A stretch of 63,770 bases of DNA, filler included, from Basidioascus undulatus (GCA_000826855.1; 14 parts of 14 records of this genome joined end to end with filler, not necessarily neighbours in it), one strand, 5' to 3'. Positions 48,560-62,109 are shown, counted from the whole stretch's first letter. The notes: a model not told the origin generated them from the sequence alone. A program made the numbers and translations.

Positions 48560-50355
48560 ACCCTCACGGATACCCTAACCCCACCTCCCACTCACCAGCG
48601 TGGCCAGCCCGGTCCTCCCGCTCTCCCACGCCTTCCGCGCAACCTCCGCCCACCCGGCGCCCCCCGCGCCCTCCACACCCTCAAGCCTCCGCACAATCTC
48701 ATCCCGCACGTCCTCGTCCGTCCGTCCGGCCGGGGCAGCCGCGATCTTTGCGCACGCCCAGTGCTTGAGGACGCCGTCGGGGCGGAGGCCGAGGTGGGCC
48801 GAGACGCGGAGGGCGAGGAGGTGCAGCGCGCGGGAGAGGAGGAGCGCGAGGAGCGAGGAGGGCGGGAGGAGCGCGTAGGTGGGGAGGGTCAGAGGGATGC
48901 CCACGGTGTGGTCCCGCAAGGCATTGAGCACGCGCAGGGTCTGCGCGGTCGAGACGTATTCGGAGGGGTTGTAGAGGTCGAGGAAGCCCCAGCCGAAGCG
49001 GGCGGCCTGGAGGATGGGCTTTGTGAGTAGATGGGGCTGCATGTCGAGAAGGGAAGTACGCACTTTCAGCAGCGTACGCTGCCAAGTCACGTCCCACGCT
49101 TCCCCCGCAGCCTGCACGCACCCGTCCACGGCGCTCGCGAGGTCCCCGCCGATAGCGCGCGCACCCTCGTCCGCCTTTGGGCTGCCGCGCTCAAAGTGCT
49201 CGTACGCGTCGAGGAGGAGCGCGGCGGGGTCAGTCGAGCCGGGGGCAAAGACCGCGTGCGTGGCGTCGGGGACCTTGGTAAGGAACTCGAGTGCGGTGGG
49301 GGTGAGGACGAGGAGTGCGGTGGGTGTGGGAAGCAAGCGCGGGGACGCGGAATAAGTGTACGAGAGCGTCTCCCCCGGGCCCACGACGACTGCGCGGCCG
49401 GGCAGCCCAGCGTGCTCGTCCCCCTCCCACGCGAGGACGACCGCGTTGTTCCCGCACCACTCGACCTGTGCCGGGCTGCCTGAGACGCCGTCGATGGAGG
49501 CCGTGTCGAGCGAGGAGAGCTCGCGCGAAAAGTCGGAGGAGACGACCCAGAGGAGGCCCGAGACGGTGAGGAGCGCGGCGAAGCGCCCGTTGGGGGACGG
49601 GCGCACGTGCGAGAACGGCCCGTGCGAGGGGTGCTGATCGGTCGATGAGAGGGAGTCGACGGAGAGGATGGTGGAGTCCGTGGAGAGGAGGACGGTGGTG
49701 AGCGAGGTCGAGGTGTGCGTGGAGGGGATCAGGGCCCAGTCGTGTGGGGTTTCAGACAGTTCTGGCGAGGTAAAAGTGTCGATATGTGCTGTACAGAGAA
49801 AGACAATGGGTATGAAGTGTGTGAAGACGCACCTGGATTGGCAAGCAACCGCGTATTCGCGCCGTCCCAGCCGCGGACCTCGACGAGCTGGAGCCCCTTT
49901 GTGAGGACGACCATGCCGCCCTCCCATATCCTCGCATCGAGCACGCCCTGCTCGCTCGCCTCCGTTCCCAAGCCATGCGTCCTGCTGGCCCCCTGAAAGT
50001 CATACACCCTGTACGTCCCAACATCGAGGACGACGACGACGCGCTCCTCGGCCGTGAAGCCGACTTTCACCGGCTGACTCGGGGGCGTGATGGACGCGAG
50101 GGGGTTGCCAGACGCAGAGTAGACCTGGATGAGGGACTTTGTAGGTGCGGAGGAAGCGGCGGAATAGGCGGGGAGGGAGAGCAGAGCAGAGGGGTTGCGG
50201 TAGACGGCGAGTGCGGATCCGGTTGGGGAGGGGACGATGTGGTACGGCGGGAGGGTGCGGATCGGCCAGGAGAGGGAGTACAGCTGGTGCGAGGAGTAGT
50301 ACACCGTGCTCAGCGCGGACCAGGTCAGCGTCGGACTCGGTGCGGAAGAGCCCAT
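48560..50355 (-). CDS. VPS16: HOPS/CORVET subunit Vps16, 3' truncated
   Basis: PT..W..L..VYY...LYSLSW, IQVYSASG, HGPFSHVRPSPNGRFAAL, VEWCGNNAVVLAW, PAALLLDAYEHFERGSPKADE, QTLRVLNALRD..VGIPLT, VLKHWACAKI. Confidence 0.95.
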
Positions 50356-50910
50356 GGCCGATAGCGAGCGCGAGGTCTTCGATAGAGAGCAGAGGCGTCG
50401 CTTCACGTGTGAGTGTCCCCGGCTGCAGTGGGCCTACAAACGCCAAACAATATTTTTGAATAATATTCCACCAGGCAACTTGCTTATTTCTCGTTATCCC
50501 AGTATCAATAAAATTTACATCTTTGAATGTACATCTTATCTCCACCTCCTCGAAGCTCAATCGATATTGATTGATGGTGTGCGACTGGCGTGTGCCGCAA
50601 GTGGAGCTGTCGAAAGTCGTGACGCAGCGGCTCACGATCGCCTTGCCTTCTCGCCGCCTCGAGTCGCGTCTGGGAAGATGCACCTGAGCAGCGCTCCACC
50701 GCGGCGCACAGCCAGGTGTGTGCTCAGTTAATACAGGTGTTTCTTTGTATATACTCCCGCATTATTCCTCATCAACAATCTGCCGCTCACAGTCCAGCTT
50801 GAACCGTTTCCATCTCCTGCACCTCTCGCTGCTCATTTACCTCACCTTCTCTTCGACAACTGACCGCTGGTGCACATCTTCCCGTGCACTAGCCTGATAT
50901 CCCATCAGCA

Positions 50911-51448
50911 ATGCGCCCGTCAGTCCGCATCTTCCGGCACGATACCTCGTCTTCGGCTGCCCAGCGCCCACCTCCCCCCGAGCCGTCTCCCTCCACTTCC
51001 ACAGCGCCCCCTCTTCTCCCGAGCAACAACACCGAGCCCCAACCCCAACCGCCCCCACGCCCGCCCGTCCGCATGGCGTCCAGCCGCACGCGCTCACGTA
51101 CCCTCACGTGCATCTTCGGCGGCGGGGGCGGGGGCGACCGTGGGCCACGCCCACGGAACTACGGGCAGCTGCCCGAGTTGGCGTCTGGAGAAGGCACGGA
51201 GGAGGGTCGGGAGAACGCGAACGGGAACCGGGAGAGGAAGCGCGGGCGGGCGCGGGCGGGGACGGGTAGTTCGGCGGCGAGCGGCGTGCTCGGCCTCGTG
51301 CGCTCTGTGGGGAGCAGCAACGTCGTCGAGCGCGTGCGGAGCAGGACAGACTCGTTGACGGGCAGTCTGGTGGGGAGCTTGGGGAGCTTGACGGAGAGGG
51401 ACATAGTGTACCATCCAGATGAGGTCGTGCAGCACTTGTCGGTCATCG
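50911..51448 (+). CDS. Hypothetical protein N-terminus, truncated
   Basis: Low-complexity ORF ending YHPDEVVQHLSVI before a GTGCGT donor; divergent from VPS16; start codon uncertain (50911 or 51073). Confidence 0.45.
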
Positions 51449-51628
51449 GTGCGTTTCCCCACCCTTCTCTTTAATTTCCTCTTTCTGATTGTTTTGATGG
51501 CTCATTCTCTCTGCGTCATGCGAAGAGANNNNNNNNNNNNNNNNNNNNNNNNNNNNNNNNNNNNNNNNNNNNTTAATTAATTAANNNNNNNNNNNNNNNN
51601 NNNNNNNNNNNNNNNNNNNNNNNNNNNN

Positions 51629-53566
51629 CACCCGCCCCGCCGCCCGTTCGACCACCTCCGCCTCTCCCGCCCCTGCGTCCACGCCGACGCCCACCCCCAA
51701 GCGTACTCGCGGCTCTGGCTCGCGCGCCCCTCTCACGCGTCAGGACTCGCTCGACGAGGGCACCGCCGCGCCCGTCCCCGCCGGGTTCTCCCTCAAGCCT
51801 TCCGCCCCTTCCGCTGGGCGTGCATTCACGTCCCCCGCCAACGCGCGCCGCTTCGCCGCGACCGCGCCCTCCTCCACCCCCACCCCCGGCCCGAAGACGC
51901 CTGCCAAGCCCCGCCCTGCCGCGCCCGGGCCGGCGAACATCTACTCGAAACAGATGGGGCTCACGGCGGGGGACATGTTCGAGATGCCCACGCTCAACCT
52001 CAACAAGGCGTGCGGCGCTGGGCCCTCTTCTACCCCCGCCCCCGCCCCGGCTCCGGGCCCCGTCCCCGCGCGGGGGGGTGACTCCGAGGAAGACGAGTTG
52101 GAGCAGTCGCAGTCGCAGGAGCCGTCGCAGACGCAGACGCAGCAGTCGCAGTCCCTCGAGCCGGGCCCGCCGCCGATGCAGAAGAAGGAGCGGATGGAAG
52201 ACGCGTTAGACGGGCTCGATATTGAGTTCCCGCCGACGCCGAAGGAGGGTCGGTGCCCGCCGTCCGCGACTGCCCAGCAGCAGCAGCGGCAGCCGCCGAC
52301 GCCCTCTCGCCACCAGCACCAGCACCAGAAGCAGCAGCAGCAGCATCTTTGTCAGCAGCGCGCCACGGCCACGCCCCCGCGTCGCACAGCGGCGCCCAGC
52401 TCGGACTCGGGCTCGCCCCTCGCTGCCGGGCGCTTGCTCGCGGCGGAATTCGAAAGCTTCACCGCGAGGGAGAAACGTGGGAGGGCCGAGGAGGAGGAGC
52501 AGGATTACGAGGAGCAGAAGGTGGGGCTACGGAGGAAGTCGCTGAAGGTCCGGGGGAAGGTGCGTCGTTGTTCGGCAGCGTTGTGCGTTGGAGTCAGGGC
52601 CAACCGGCTGGTCTTCTTCGCTCGTAGGAGCACCAGCAGCAGCAGCGTCGGGAGCATGGTAATGGACGCGCCGAGGAGGCGCAGAGCAAGGCGGCGCTCC
52701 TCAAGAAGCGCAAGGCTCCAGTCGACCAGGTGAGGCAGGCTCCGCGTTAGCCAACCCCACGCATGTGCTTATGATCTATCTCCCCAGCAGACCCAGCTCG
52801 CCGCCGCCCGCCACGGCTCTAGCTCGCCCATGCCCCGCCACAGCGCGCTGTCGAAGGCCGCGAAGACGCCCACGCACCACCGCTCGCCTGCAAAAACGCC
52901 GCGCCACCTTTCGCCCGCGCGCTCGCACTCACCGTTCGACGACGACGACGACGACGACGACGACACCGCTCCGAGGCAGTTCTCGCCGACGCAGGAGCAT
53001 GAGCAGCAGCCCGCCTCGCCCTCCCCGCGCGCGCACAAGCGCGCTAAGCACCATCACCCTGCCGAGCCGGCCCCAGCGCCGGACGAGATGGAGGACGAGG
53101 AGCACGCGGTCGCGGTCGCGCTCGGCTTCGACGCGCTGGGCCCGGCCGACCGCCCGGCGGTGCTGGAGAAGATGCGGAGGTGGGAGACATGCGAGATCGA
53201 GGAGTGGAAGGCGGACGGGAAGAAGATGGTCGGGAGGGTGGAGGAGATCGCTGAGGGAGTGGGTCTAGTTTCTTTTGGCGCTTCCTTTTCCTCCTCGCTT
53301 TGTTGCTGATCTTCTTACTGGATCGGTGGCAGATCAAGAAGCACATGAAGTGCGTCCCCCCCTCCCTTCCTCCCCTTCCCAACCCCCGTGCTAATCCTTC
53401 CCCGCCAAGCAGGGACAAGCTCGCCTTCTTCGCCTCGCTCAACGCGGAGCTGCAGCGAGCCGAGGACCGCAATGCCGCGCGGCAGGTGGAGATTGACCGC
53501 GCGTTTGAGCGGCTGCAGAGCAGGGGGCTGCGGGCGATCGAGGCGGGGGCGGTGGAGGAGGTTTGA
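51629..53566 (+). CDS. Disordered protein with a C-terminal ECM11-like coiled-coil domain, 5' truncated
   Basis: P/Q-rich exons, then RWETCEIEEWKADGKKMVGRVEEIAEG/IKKHM/RDKLAFFASLNAEL; resemblance to the Ecm11 domain judged by eye. Confidence 0.45.
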
Positions 53567-54693
53567 GGCGGGCGGGCGGTTGCTTGGGACGGGGAGGGGA
53601 GGGAGAGGTTTCGCGCGAGCTTGAGAGTTCGGAGTCTTGGGCCTGAGAACGGCGGGTTGCGAATGTCTTGTGAGCCTCATGAAATGTGTTCGCACGTTGC
53701 GCATGTGGTCTGCTGTGCAGTACGCTGGCACGGGTTAGCGCGGAGGCTTGCTGAGGCCCGAGATGGAAGACTCATAGACCAGATGATACGGAGGTGTCCC
53801 GCTGAAAAAATCGAGGCAAGGCCAACACTGGTTTCAGTAGACACGCGGAGCTGCACGACTGCAAACTATCGCTCGCATCTGGTCACAGCGACAGCCTACT
53901 GGAGTACTTCCGAGCACTATGCTTTTCAAAGGTCCGGGGGGGCTGGAGGACTAAGCCTGGCCCTCACATCGCCGAAAGGTCATCAGGAGCCTGACACATC
54001 ATTCTCAGAAAATGGGCAGCCACATCGCAGTGTTCACAGTGCATTATGTTCGATCAAGAAGCAAACCCAGACCAAGAAACATGCCTCTCAACTTCAGAGC
54101 AAGCAGCTTTCCTCCCCTCTCATTCACCCTTCGGAGGCGCTGCAGCTCGGCAAGCCGCTCTCTCGGCTTCCCATCCAACCGCTGCAGCTCTTACAGCTCC
54201 GATTGCGCGGCTTGAGCATGCCGACGAAGAGCGTCCATGTCCGCGCAGAGGGCGTTCTGAAGGGGAGATTACTTAGTATCGTGACGACCTCCTGTAAAGT
54301 TTCCAGATACCCCTCAATGTCATTGCTCACCTGAAGCTGGCGATTGTCAGACGAGCGCTCGCCTCTCGCCCGTTGAGGAAGCCGCTGTCGAACACTGCCT
54401 GATGACGCGCCCAGTGGTGGGCCTCGTACGCCGACTCCGTGTCCGCGACCCGCCGATGCAGTTGCTTCTCTTCGGGTCCCAACATATATGCTCTTACTCA
54501 GATTCATCATAAAAAATCCAGACCGGTCGATGGTGCAGCTTGCGCTTCCCACCTGCATTCACTTTCATTGCGCACTCGGGTTTGCCACCCAAANNNNNNN
54601 NNNNNNNNNNNNNNNNNNNNNNNNNNNNNNNNNNNNNTTAATTAATTAANNNNNNNNNNNNNNNNNNNNNNNNNNNNNNNNNNNNNNNNNNNN

Positions 54694-55324
54694 CGCGCCG
54701 TCCGAGGCCTCAAACTTGCAGTGCGTCGCGGCACTGCTGAGCGCAGCGAGGGCGGGCGCGAGACCGGGCGAGCCGGGGTGGATGAGCCCGGCTTGGAGGA
54801 AGCGCTCGACGGCGGAGAGCGCGGCGAGCGTGATGGGGCCCGTGGCATCGCCGGAGCGGATGACTTGGAGGAATGGCGAGAGGAGGGTGAGGGCGTCCAG
54901 AACGAAGACGTCTGTGTGTCTCCACCCAACTCTCAGCCTTCTTTCCGCCTCCCTCGCAAAGCATGGACGACGCACCGTCCACCTCGTTGAGCTGCACGCG
55001 CAGCGCAACAAACCCCGCCATGAGCCCAGCCGGTCTCCGCTGCCCGCGCTTGCCCTTCACACCGCTCCCGCCGTTTGCAGCGCCGCCGTCGCGGAGGCCC
55101 ATGCTGCTCGCCAGTGCGGCGGAGGGCGCAACGGCAGCGTACAGGCCCGGCTGATACGTTGCCTGCGCCCAGCGCGAGTTCTTGCGCATCGCCGAGGTTA
55201 CGGAGACAATCTATTCACAATTCCGGTTCAGCTCGTATCTCATTCAGACGCGGTCATGGGGAGCACACACCTCATGGTGCACGAGATGGATCGGCGGCGT
55301 GTCGCTCGTCCAGTGGTCGGCCAT
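54694..55324 (-). CDS. GEA2: ARF-GEF GBF1/Gea2 N-terminal DCB region, 3' truncated
   Basis: HLVHHE/IVSVTSAMRKNSRWA..LMAGFVALR..LLSPFLQVIRSGDATGPITLAALSAVERFL..LSSAATHCKFEASD. Confidence 0.9.
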
Positions 55325-55978
55325 CGCTGCGGCGGCCTAAGCGGGGGTTCCTTTACGAATTGAGGTGGGTGTGCTGAACAAACTGGGTGGAACTTGTAGC
55401 TCGAGTAGTGGTTGTGCGAAGAAAACAATCGAGCTTCGCTCGGAATCGTGCAGCGGGTGAACGTGGAGGACGCGACGCAGGAGCGTGGCATGCAAGCGCG
55501 CTGCAGGCGAGCGCGAGAGTGTCTGACACAGCTAAAACACACGCCCACAGACGATTCTGCAATAGACCCACACGTAGAGTTACATTACCATCCAAAACTG
55601 GCTAGAGAAGCGCTGAAAAGGAAACTCGTTGCATGCAGCCGGAGCAATGGTCGCGACAGGGATATTCAGACGGTCCTGCAGGAGGGCTCACTCTCATTAC
55701 CTCCGGTCGAATCCTAGAGCTAGCCGGTATGGAGTGCACCAACAAATATGTTTCAGTTGACCATATGCACATAGCTGGCCTTCTGTATATGAGGCAAGCC
55801 TGGACAATCGGCAGCTTGATTCACTCCGCGGCAGCTGTTGAGCCCCTCTTGACTCTCGACCATCATCTTCATTCAGCCTAACGTCTCGCGTCTCGGACGT
55901 TTGTCCTCCTTCTCATTCTCTGACATTCATCGACTCAAAGCCCATTTCACGGGGTCTTTCACCACTCGCTCGCCTCGG

Positions 55979-57272
55979 ATGACCCCCCCAACCGCTTCCT
56001 TCCCCCCCAAAGCTGAGCCTTCCATCGACTCTGACCTCGTCGATTGCTGGAAAGCGTGCGTTGCCGCAACCCATCTCACCTTTCCTCAATCTTACCCACT
56101 TCTCAACTGGAACAATCCCCCCCAGGGCAGCCAGCAACTCCTCCTATCCTCGCAGCTCATCTTCGACGATTCCACCCTCCCCTTCACGGTCCATCCCTCT
56201 GCCCCTCCTCCTTCCGACGAAGTCGCTCCGACGGACTATGACGTTCCAATGCTACGTCAACTAGATTCTTCGGCGATCCGATTTGAGGGGCTGCAGTATG
56301 TGGGGGGAGTGGATATCAGCTTCCGCGAGTCGCCTTCCTCCGCCTCCCCAGCCGACTGGGACGCAGTCGCAACCGCCGTGATCGTCCGTTTCCCCTCTCT
56401 CGAAGTCCGTCCCTCCTCCCACACCTTCCCCGTCCTCCCTCCCTTCTCCCTCCTCTAACCCTCAACTCCCACATCCCCATCTGATGCACCCCTCCCCTAG
56501 CTCCTCCACACACACCACCTCCCCCTCCGCCTCGCGCAGCCGTACATCCCGTCCTTCCTCGCCTTCCGCGAGGCGCCCGCCTTCCTCTCCGCCTTGCGGG
56601 GGTTAAGAGAAAGGGTTCCAGGGGGGGAGTGGCCGGGGGCGTGGATGGTGGATGGGAATGGGCGCTTGCACGAGCGCGGGGCGGGGCTCGCTTGCGTGCT
56701 TGGTGCGAAGGGGGGGGAGGTCACGGTCAGTTTTGTGCTCGCGTTTTGAAATGTACTGAAGTTGATGGTTGGGGTGGGCGGTAAACAGATCGGCGTAGCG
56801 AAGAAGTATTACGCCGTCCCTCTCGACCCGGTGCTTCTGCCTCCCTGCGAACCGCCAGAGGAGCACCCGCACTGGCGCGCCACGCAACACGGTCTCAAAT
56901 CCGTCTCTCGCAAGACCCTCCACACCCCCGGCGACTGGTTCGGTCTCTTCAACCGCTCCGGGAACACCTACGTCGGCGCGGTCCGTCGTACTCCTTCTCT
57001 CCTCCTCTCCTCCCCTCCTCCCTTCCTCCTCCCCCCCTCTCCATCCAGTCTTCTAACTCACCTCCCAGGCCCTCCTCCCGACCCCAAAAAGCACCAACCC
57101 CATCTTCGTCTCCCCCGGGCACCGCATCAGCCTCGCGAGCGCGCTCAAGCTCGTCCTCGCGTGCGCAATGCATCGCGTCCCGGAGCCGGTACGGCTGGCG
57201 GACCTGCTGGGGCGGGAGGAGGTAAGGAGGTTGGAGCGGATGGGGACGGGTGAGGGGTTGGAGAGGGGGTGA
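55979..57272 (+). CDS. ENDOV: Endonuclease V (inosine-specific nuclease)
   Basis: YVGGVDISF, wedge motif PYIPSFLAFRE, MVDGNGRLH..AGLAC, IGVAK, PIFVSPGHRISL, RVPEPVRLAD; catalytic acidic residues intact. Confidence 0.93.
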
Positions 57273-57753
57273 GATGCATGAGTGCTGCGAGAGTGGGCTG
57301 GGAGCGTGCGGATGTTTGTGTGTGGGACGAACTGACTGGGGAGAACCATGGCTGGGCTGGAGCCGCTGCACATCGCTGTCGTATAATTCGCTGTTTCGTT
57401 GCGCGCCGAGCAAATTTACAACTGAACTTGCCCACAGCCACCTTGTGCGAAGCCGCTTTTCCGCACCACACGCACACCAGCGCACAGTCCACAGAGTAAC
57501 TCTTCTATCCCGCAGCCGGCGCGACCTCCACGCCCTTCATCCCCTCCCTGTCCCCAGTCCCCTCCCCATCCAGCGCCTCCAAGCCCCACTCCGCGACCGC
57601 CTCCCTAACCGCACTCTAAGCCTCCTCCCCATAAGTAGCTAATACCCTGCAACNNNNNNNNNNNNNNNNNNNNNNNNNNNNNNNNNNNNNNNNNNNNTTA
57701 ATTAATTAANNNNNNNNNNNNNNNNNNNNNNNNNNNNNNNNNNNNNNNNNNNN

Positions 57754-57898
57754 TGCGAGCGGTCAGGTGGGTCGGTGAGGAGGAAGAGGTGCGAAGAGGT
57801 GAGATTCTGATTTACCTGGTGGATATGGCCGTTCCGTGTGTTGGTGTGTTTGCGAGCGGTCAGGTGGGTCGGTGAGGAGGAAGAGGTGCGAAGAGGTG
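57754..57898. repeat. 48-bp direct repeat with 97-bp period at a contig edge
   Basis: TGCGAGCGGTCAGGTGGGTCGGTGAGGAGGAAGAGGTGCGAAGAGGTG at 57754-57801 and 57851-57898. Confidence 0.9.
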
Positions 57899-58900
57899 GG
57901 ATGTAAGCGTGAACTGCCACTGGCCGGGGTGGGCTAGGGTGCGGGCCGGTGCGGTGTTACCGCGCGACTGTGAACCTCAGGCAGTTGTAAAAAAAAAACT
58001 AGTACTTTCATACACAACGAATGAAATCTGATCGATTGGAGACTCGCGCGATCGTGCTCTTCAATTGTCTTCAATGACAGCGGCGCTGCGGTGGATGAGT
58101 TGAGAACCGACTGCACGGTGTGCTCGACTGCAGTGGTGCTTTGGCACGTCCAACTGGATATCGGGATGTAGGGTCTGTTTTTTTAATTTAACTGAAGATG
58201 TAGTTGATCTTAGTGTGGGGATAAAGCAACGGTAGACAGCCACTGAGTCGCATGCAGCGTCTTATTTTCGGCTTTCAATGATCTCCTATGCGTCAATTGT
58301 GTTTTACGCCAGAGCGGCAAGCATGTCTAGACGAAATATGTATACACTAGGGTCTTGCTAATGTCTTCTTGCCTAGCAGAGGAATTCAAGAAAGCCTGAG
58401 GTCGAAGAGCTGTGGACTAGGAGCCTCGGTTCATAAGACTTATATGGCTCCAAGCGCTGCCTTTCAATCGTTTCGGGGTGTCCGCTTGACCATCACTGGG
58501 AGTATGCGCTCTTTGCAACCAGATCGACCCTCTTTTGAGCATTCAACTCCCGCAGGTGGATCGTAAGTTGTCACCATAGCTGTGACCAGCTTGCTTCAGG
58601 TAATGATCGTACGGTGGTGTCAAGGTCACTTTCGGCTAGTTTAACTAGCAGATCTTGTCTCTGACAGTATTCCATTCGTGGAAAACCTCCATTTGAGGCG
58701 ATGCAAGACTGTGTCTCGTGGAAGTTTGACGCTTTTGCGGCGCGGGCCAGGGACATGAACGCGAGATGGGCATCGCCTCGCGCGTTCGTCTCTTTCCGAC
58801 ACTCATCTCATCACCCGTTACATATTGCTTCAACTCTCTCACGCGCTTTGTACCGCCACTGCGACGTCAAATCGCAACGACGAGTACGAGTGCAGAAGCA

Positions 58901-60712
58901 ATGGCGACGGACGCCGAGCAGGCGATCTACGCCGAGTGCGCGCAGACCATCGCCGGCTGGACTGCAGACGGTGACTCCGCACCCGCGTGCGTACCGTCTC
59001 CATCTCCATCTCCATATCCGAACCGCAGTCCATCTCTTCGACGTTGGCTCATGATCTGTATCCCCACCACAGCCTCACTCTCCTCCGCCAAAACCCCCCC
59101 GCATTCCTCTCCACCCTCTTCGCGATCGACCCCCTCCCCGACCATACCCTCCCGCTCCTCTCCGCCCTCATCCCCCAAGTGCCCGAGGACGAGCGTCCGA
59201 CGGTCCTCGACGAGCTAGCAGACGCCATCGCCGTCGCGGACGTACCCGCCGATGAGGAGGCCACGACCGAGCGCAAGACGCTCGAGCTGCTCGATAAGCG
59301 TCAGGGAAACCATGAGAAGAAGCAGGAGCAGAAGGACAAGCTGGCGGCGGTGGCGCAGAGGCGCAGGCCGCTGTTCACCGTTGCCCGGGGGCTTGTTGTG
59401 AGTGTCTCATCCGAGTCTGGTGGGCGAAGGCGGACGGCTGAACGAAGATCTGGGACGACTGCAGGAAAACGACCTCCTCCCCCTCGCCCATCTCACTGAG
59501 CGCCTCGGCCACTTTGGTCTTCCCGAGCTCGGCGTCATCACGGACGCGACTGTCCACATCCGGAAAGAAGCTCGAATCAACACCGCCACACTGTTTAGTC
59601 CCGTCATCTCCGAAACTGCGCTGCGGACATTGCCTTACCTCTCTGTACGCGCAGCTACAAGCAGCAGCGGTTCAACCTCTACCGCGAGGAGTCCGAGGGC
59701 TACGGCAAGCTCATGACGCTCATCCTCACCTCCATGGGCTCTGGCGCAGCGCCGGGCGTCAAGCGCACGCCTGAGGAGCTGGCCAGGGAGCGGGAGAGCG
59801 CAGGGCGCTGTTGGGAGAATGCAGGAAAGCTCATAGGTGCGTTTGTTTGGCCATCCCCACCCGGCTGTTTGGCGATGCTCAATAAGTGCGATCATTCAGG
59901 GTACTTTGACCTCGACCCCCTCCGCACCCTCTCTACCATCCTCGACGTCTTTTCTCAGTACCTCACCACCCATGCGACCTTCTTCTTCGCCCTCCTCGAC
60001 GTTTCGCCTTGGGCGCCGCGCGACCGCCGCAGCGCGTCGGACGCGATGGACGTCGATGGTGAGAGCGAGCCTGCGAAGGGCAAGTACGAGGGATGGGCGT
60101 TCGACGACATCGTCGCCGACGCAGAGCGCGGCCGGGGGCACCCGATCGTTCGTGAGGCGGATGAAGACGGGGAAAAGGCCGGTCCGGTCATTCTGGCGAC
60201 TGTGTTGGGTTTCTTGATGCGGTACTACCAGGTGCGTTAAGAGCTGGTTGTGAGAGGTGGCCGAGACTGAAGGTTTCTTTTGCATGTGCAGCGGCCGGAG
60301 GCGGAGGAGTCGGCAGCCGAGACGTACTACCACCTCAGCGCCCTGCTCGTCCGCCAAGGCTACATCTCCCTCTCCGACCTCCTTCCCCATCTCTCACCCT
60401 CTGAGGAGGACCTCTCCAAGTTCAAGGAGAAGTACCGCGACTTCCTCAGCGACCGCGTTATGGCCGCCCGCTCATCGAACAACAAGCTCGCAAATGCCGC
60501 CCCGCTCGGGGACGACCCGCCGCCCTACGGCTCCCGGCCGCTTCCCTCTCGCCCGCTCAAAGAGGAAGATGCCACCGCCGTGCCGGCGGCGAAGGAGATC
60601 AAGAAGGTGGAGCACGAGGTGCCGAACCAGAAGCTCGGCCTACTGCGCGCGCTCCTCGCGCTCGGCATGCTGAAGGAGTCCGTCCACCTCCTCTCCCTCC
60701 ACCCGTACCTCG
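58901..60712 (+). CDS. THO2: THO complex subunit 2, 3' truncated
   Basis: RKEARINTATL/YKQQRFNLYREESEGYGKL, KLIG/YFDLDPLRTL.ILDVF, LATVLGFLMRYYQ, SALLVRQGYISLSDLLPHLSP, PNQKLGLLRALLALG. Confidence 0.93.
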
Positions 60713-61450
60713 NNNNNNNNNNNNNNNNNNNNNNNNNNNNNNNNNNNNNNNNNNNNTTAATTAATTAANNNNNNNNNNNNNNNNNNNNNNNNNNNNNNNN
60801 NNNNNNNNNNNNAACTTCGGCGAATTCTGCTTGCGCCGCAACGAGTCGACTGCCGGTTTAGTCTTCTTTGACTTGCTCAAGACTGTCTCTCGCTCCAACG
60901 AGGTGAGCACTGCGTCCGAGTTGTTAGGCCAATTGTTTTGTGGGCGGCTGCTGCAGTCGCGTCTCCATTTGCTGTGTGTGTCGGCTGCAGCCACTGCCTC
61001 CTTCACTTGTAGTCTGGAGTACTCACTGAAGAATTATACCCGAACACTGCTTTAGTCGTTTCTCTCGCCCGACCGAACAGTGCTCATGCCACCACATAGC
61101 ACTCGCAGCGGTCCTGCAGCTGCTGACGTCCAAGGGCGATTGTGGGCTGTCTGCACCATTCGCGACTGAGTGGCGGTTCTCAGTGCGCCCACAAATAGAC
61201 TGCAACACGTCCGAAGTACGGTGGCAAGTCCCAGCAGACTTACTTCGAAGTAGGTTGGATGATCCGTGCCTGATTTCGGAGAGGCACACCTCACACGTAA
61301 GGCATGACCGGAGGTAGCTCAACTTGACGGTCTCTCGGCTTCCAAAAATTAGGCGTTATACTTCGCCGCACACATATTGAGACGGTTTTCAGATACCAGA
61401 TCATCTTCCCCCTCAAATCATCCGCTATTCCGCGTTCACCGCCCAGCCAT

Positions 61451-62109
61451 CTACTTCGGCGTCTGCCCCCCCCCCTCGCCACAATCAGCACATGCACCGC
61501 ACCCGCACCCCACTCGCTACTCGCAGCATTACTCACCAGCCAGACCTGGTAGAACGCGAGCAGGGGCTTCCCCTCCTGGACGCTCTGCGCGTCGAACACC
61601 ATGCGCGCACCCCAAGAGATGCCCTTGGTGACGGCGCCCGAGTCGCGCGCGATGCGGTCGACCTCGCCGAAGAGCATGAGCTCGTTGGTAGAGGGGTCGT
61701 GGTACACTTGACGGGGGAAGTGCTGTTCCACAGAATCAAGCCTAATGAATAAGTGTGGCCTGGGAAACAGGAAAAGGTAGAGGGGGGATTGGGGAGGGGA
61801 ACGCACCGCCCGCCCAGACGTCCCCGCCCACATCCTTCCCCGCTCCTCAACGATCGCCTTCCGCCCCTTTACCTCGCTCGGGCCCATAATGAGCGTCGCG
61901 TCGGGCGAAAAGCGCTCCGCGTACGCCTCGTGCGGGTGCTCGGTGTCGGAGGTCCTGCCGACACACAAGCGTCTCTTCTCAGCTTCCGGTGGAGGTGTTT
62001 GTTCGAAGACTGGTGGGTGAGTGGGAACGCACTTGTAGAAGTCCTTGATGAACGCCTCGATGCTCGATGCGAGGGTAGGCGGGACGCGGAGGGTGCTGTA
62101 GTCGGACAT
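61451..62109 (-). CDS. SnoaL/NTF2-like fold protein, 4 exons
   Basis: AFIKDFYK/TSD...HEAYAERFSPDATLIMG..VKGRKAI..R..MW../HFPRQVY..ELMLFGEV..WGARM..LAFYQVWL/TPK*. Confidence 0.8.

Noticed and set aside
53621..54558. 237-aa and 144-aa ORFs after the ECM11-like gene
   Set aside because: No recognisable domain or coherent exon chain; a degraded gene cannot be excluded but is unsupported
57754..57898. CRISPR-like repeat-spacer unit
   Set aside because: Only two non-palindromic copies, a eukaryotic context and no cas genes
20933..60712. RNA-processing gene cluster (translin, SLT11, EndoV, THO2, GNL1)
   Set aside because: The genes lie on different contigs that are adjacent only because of concatenation
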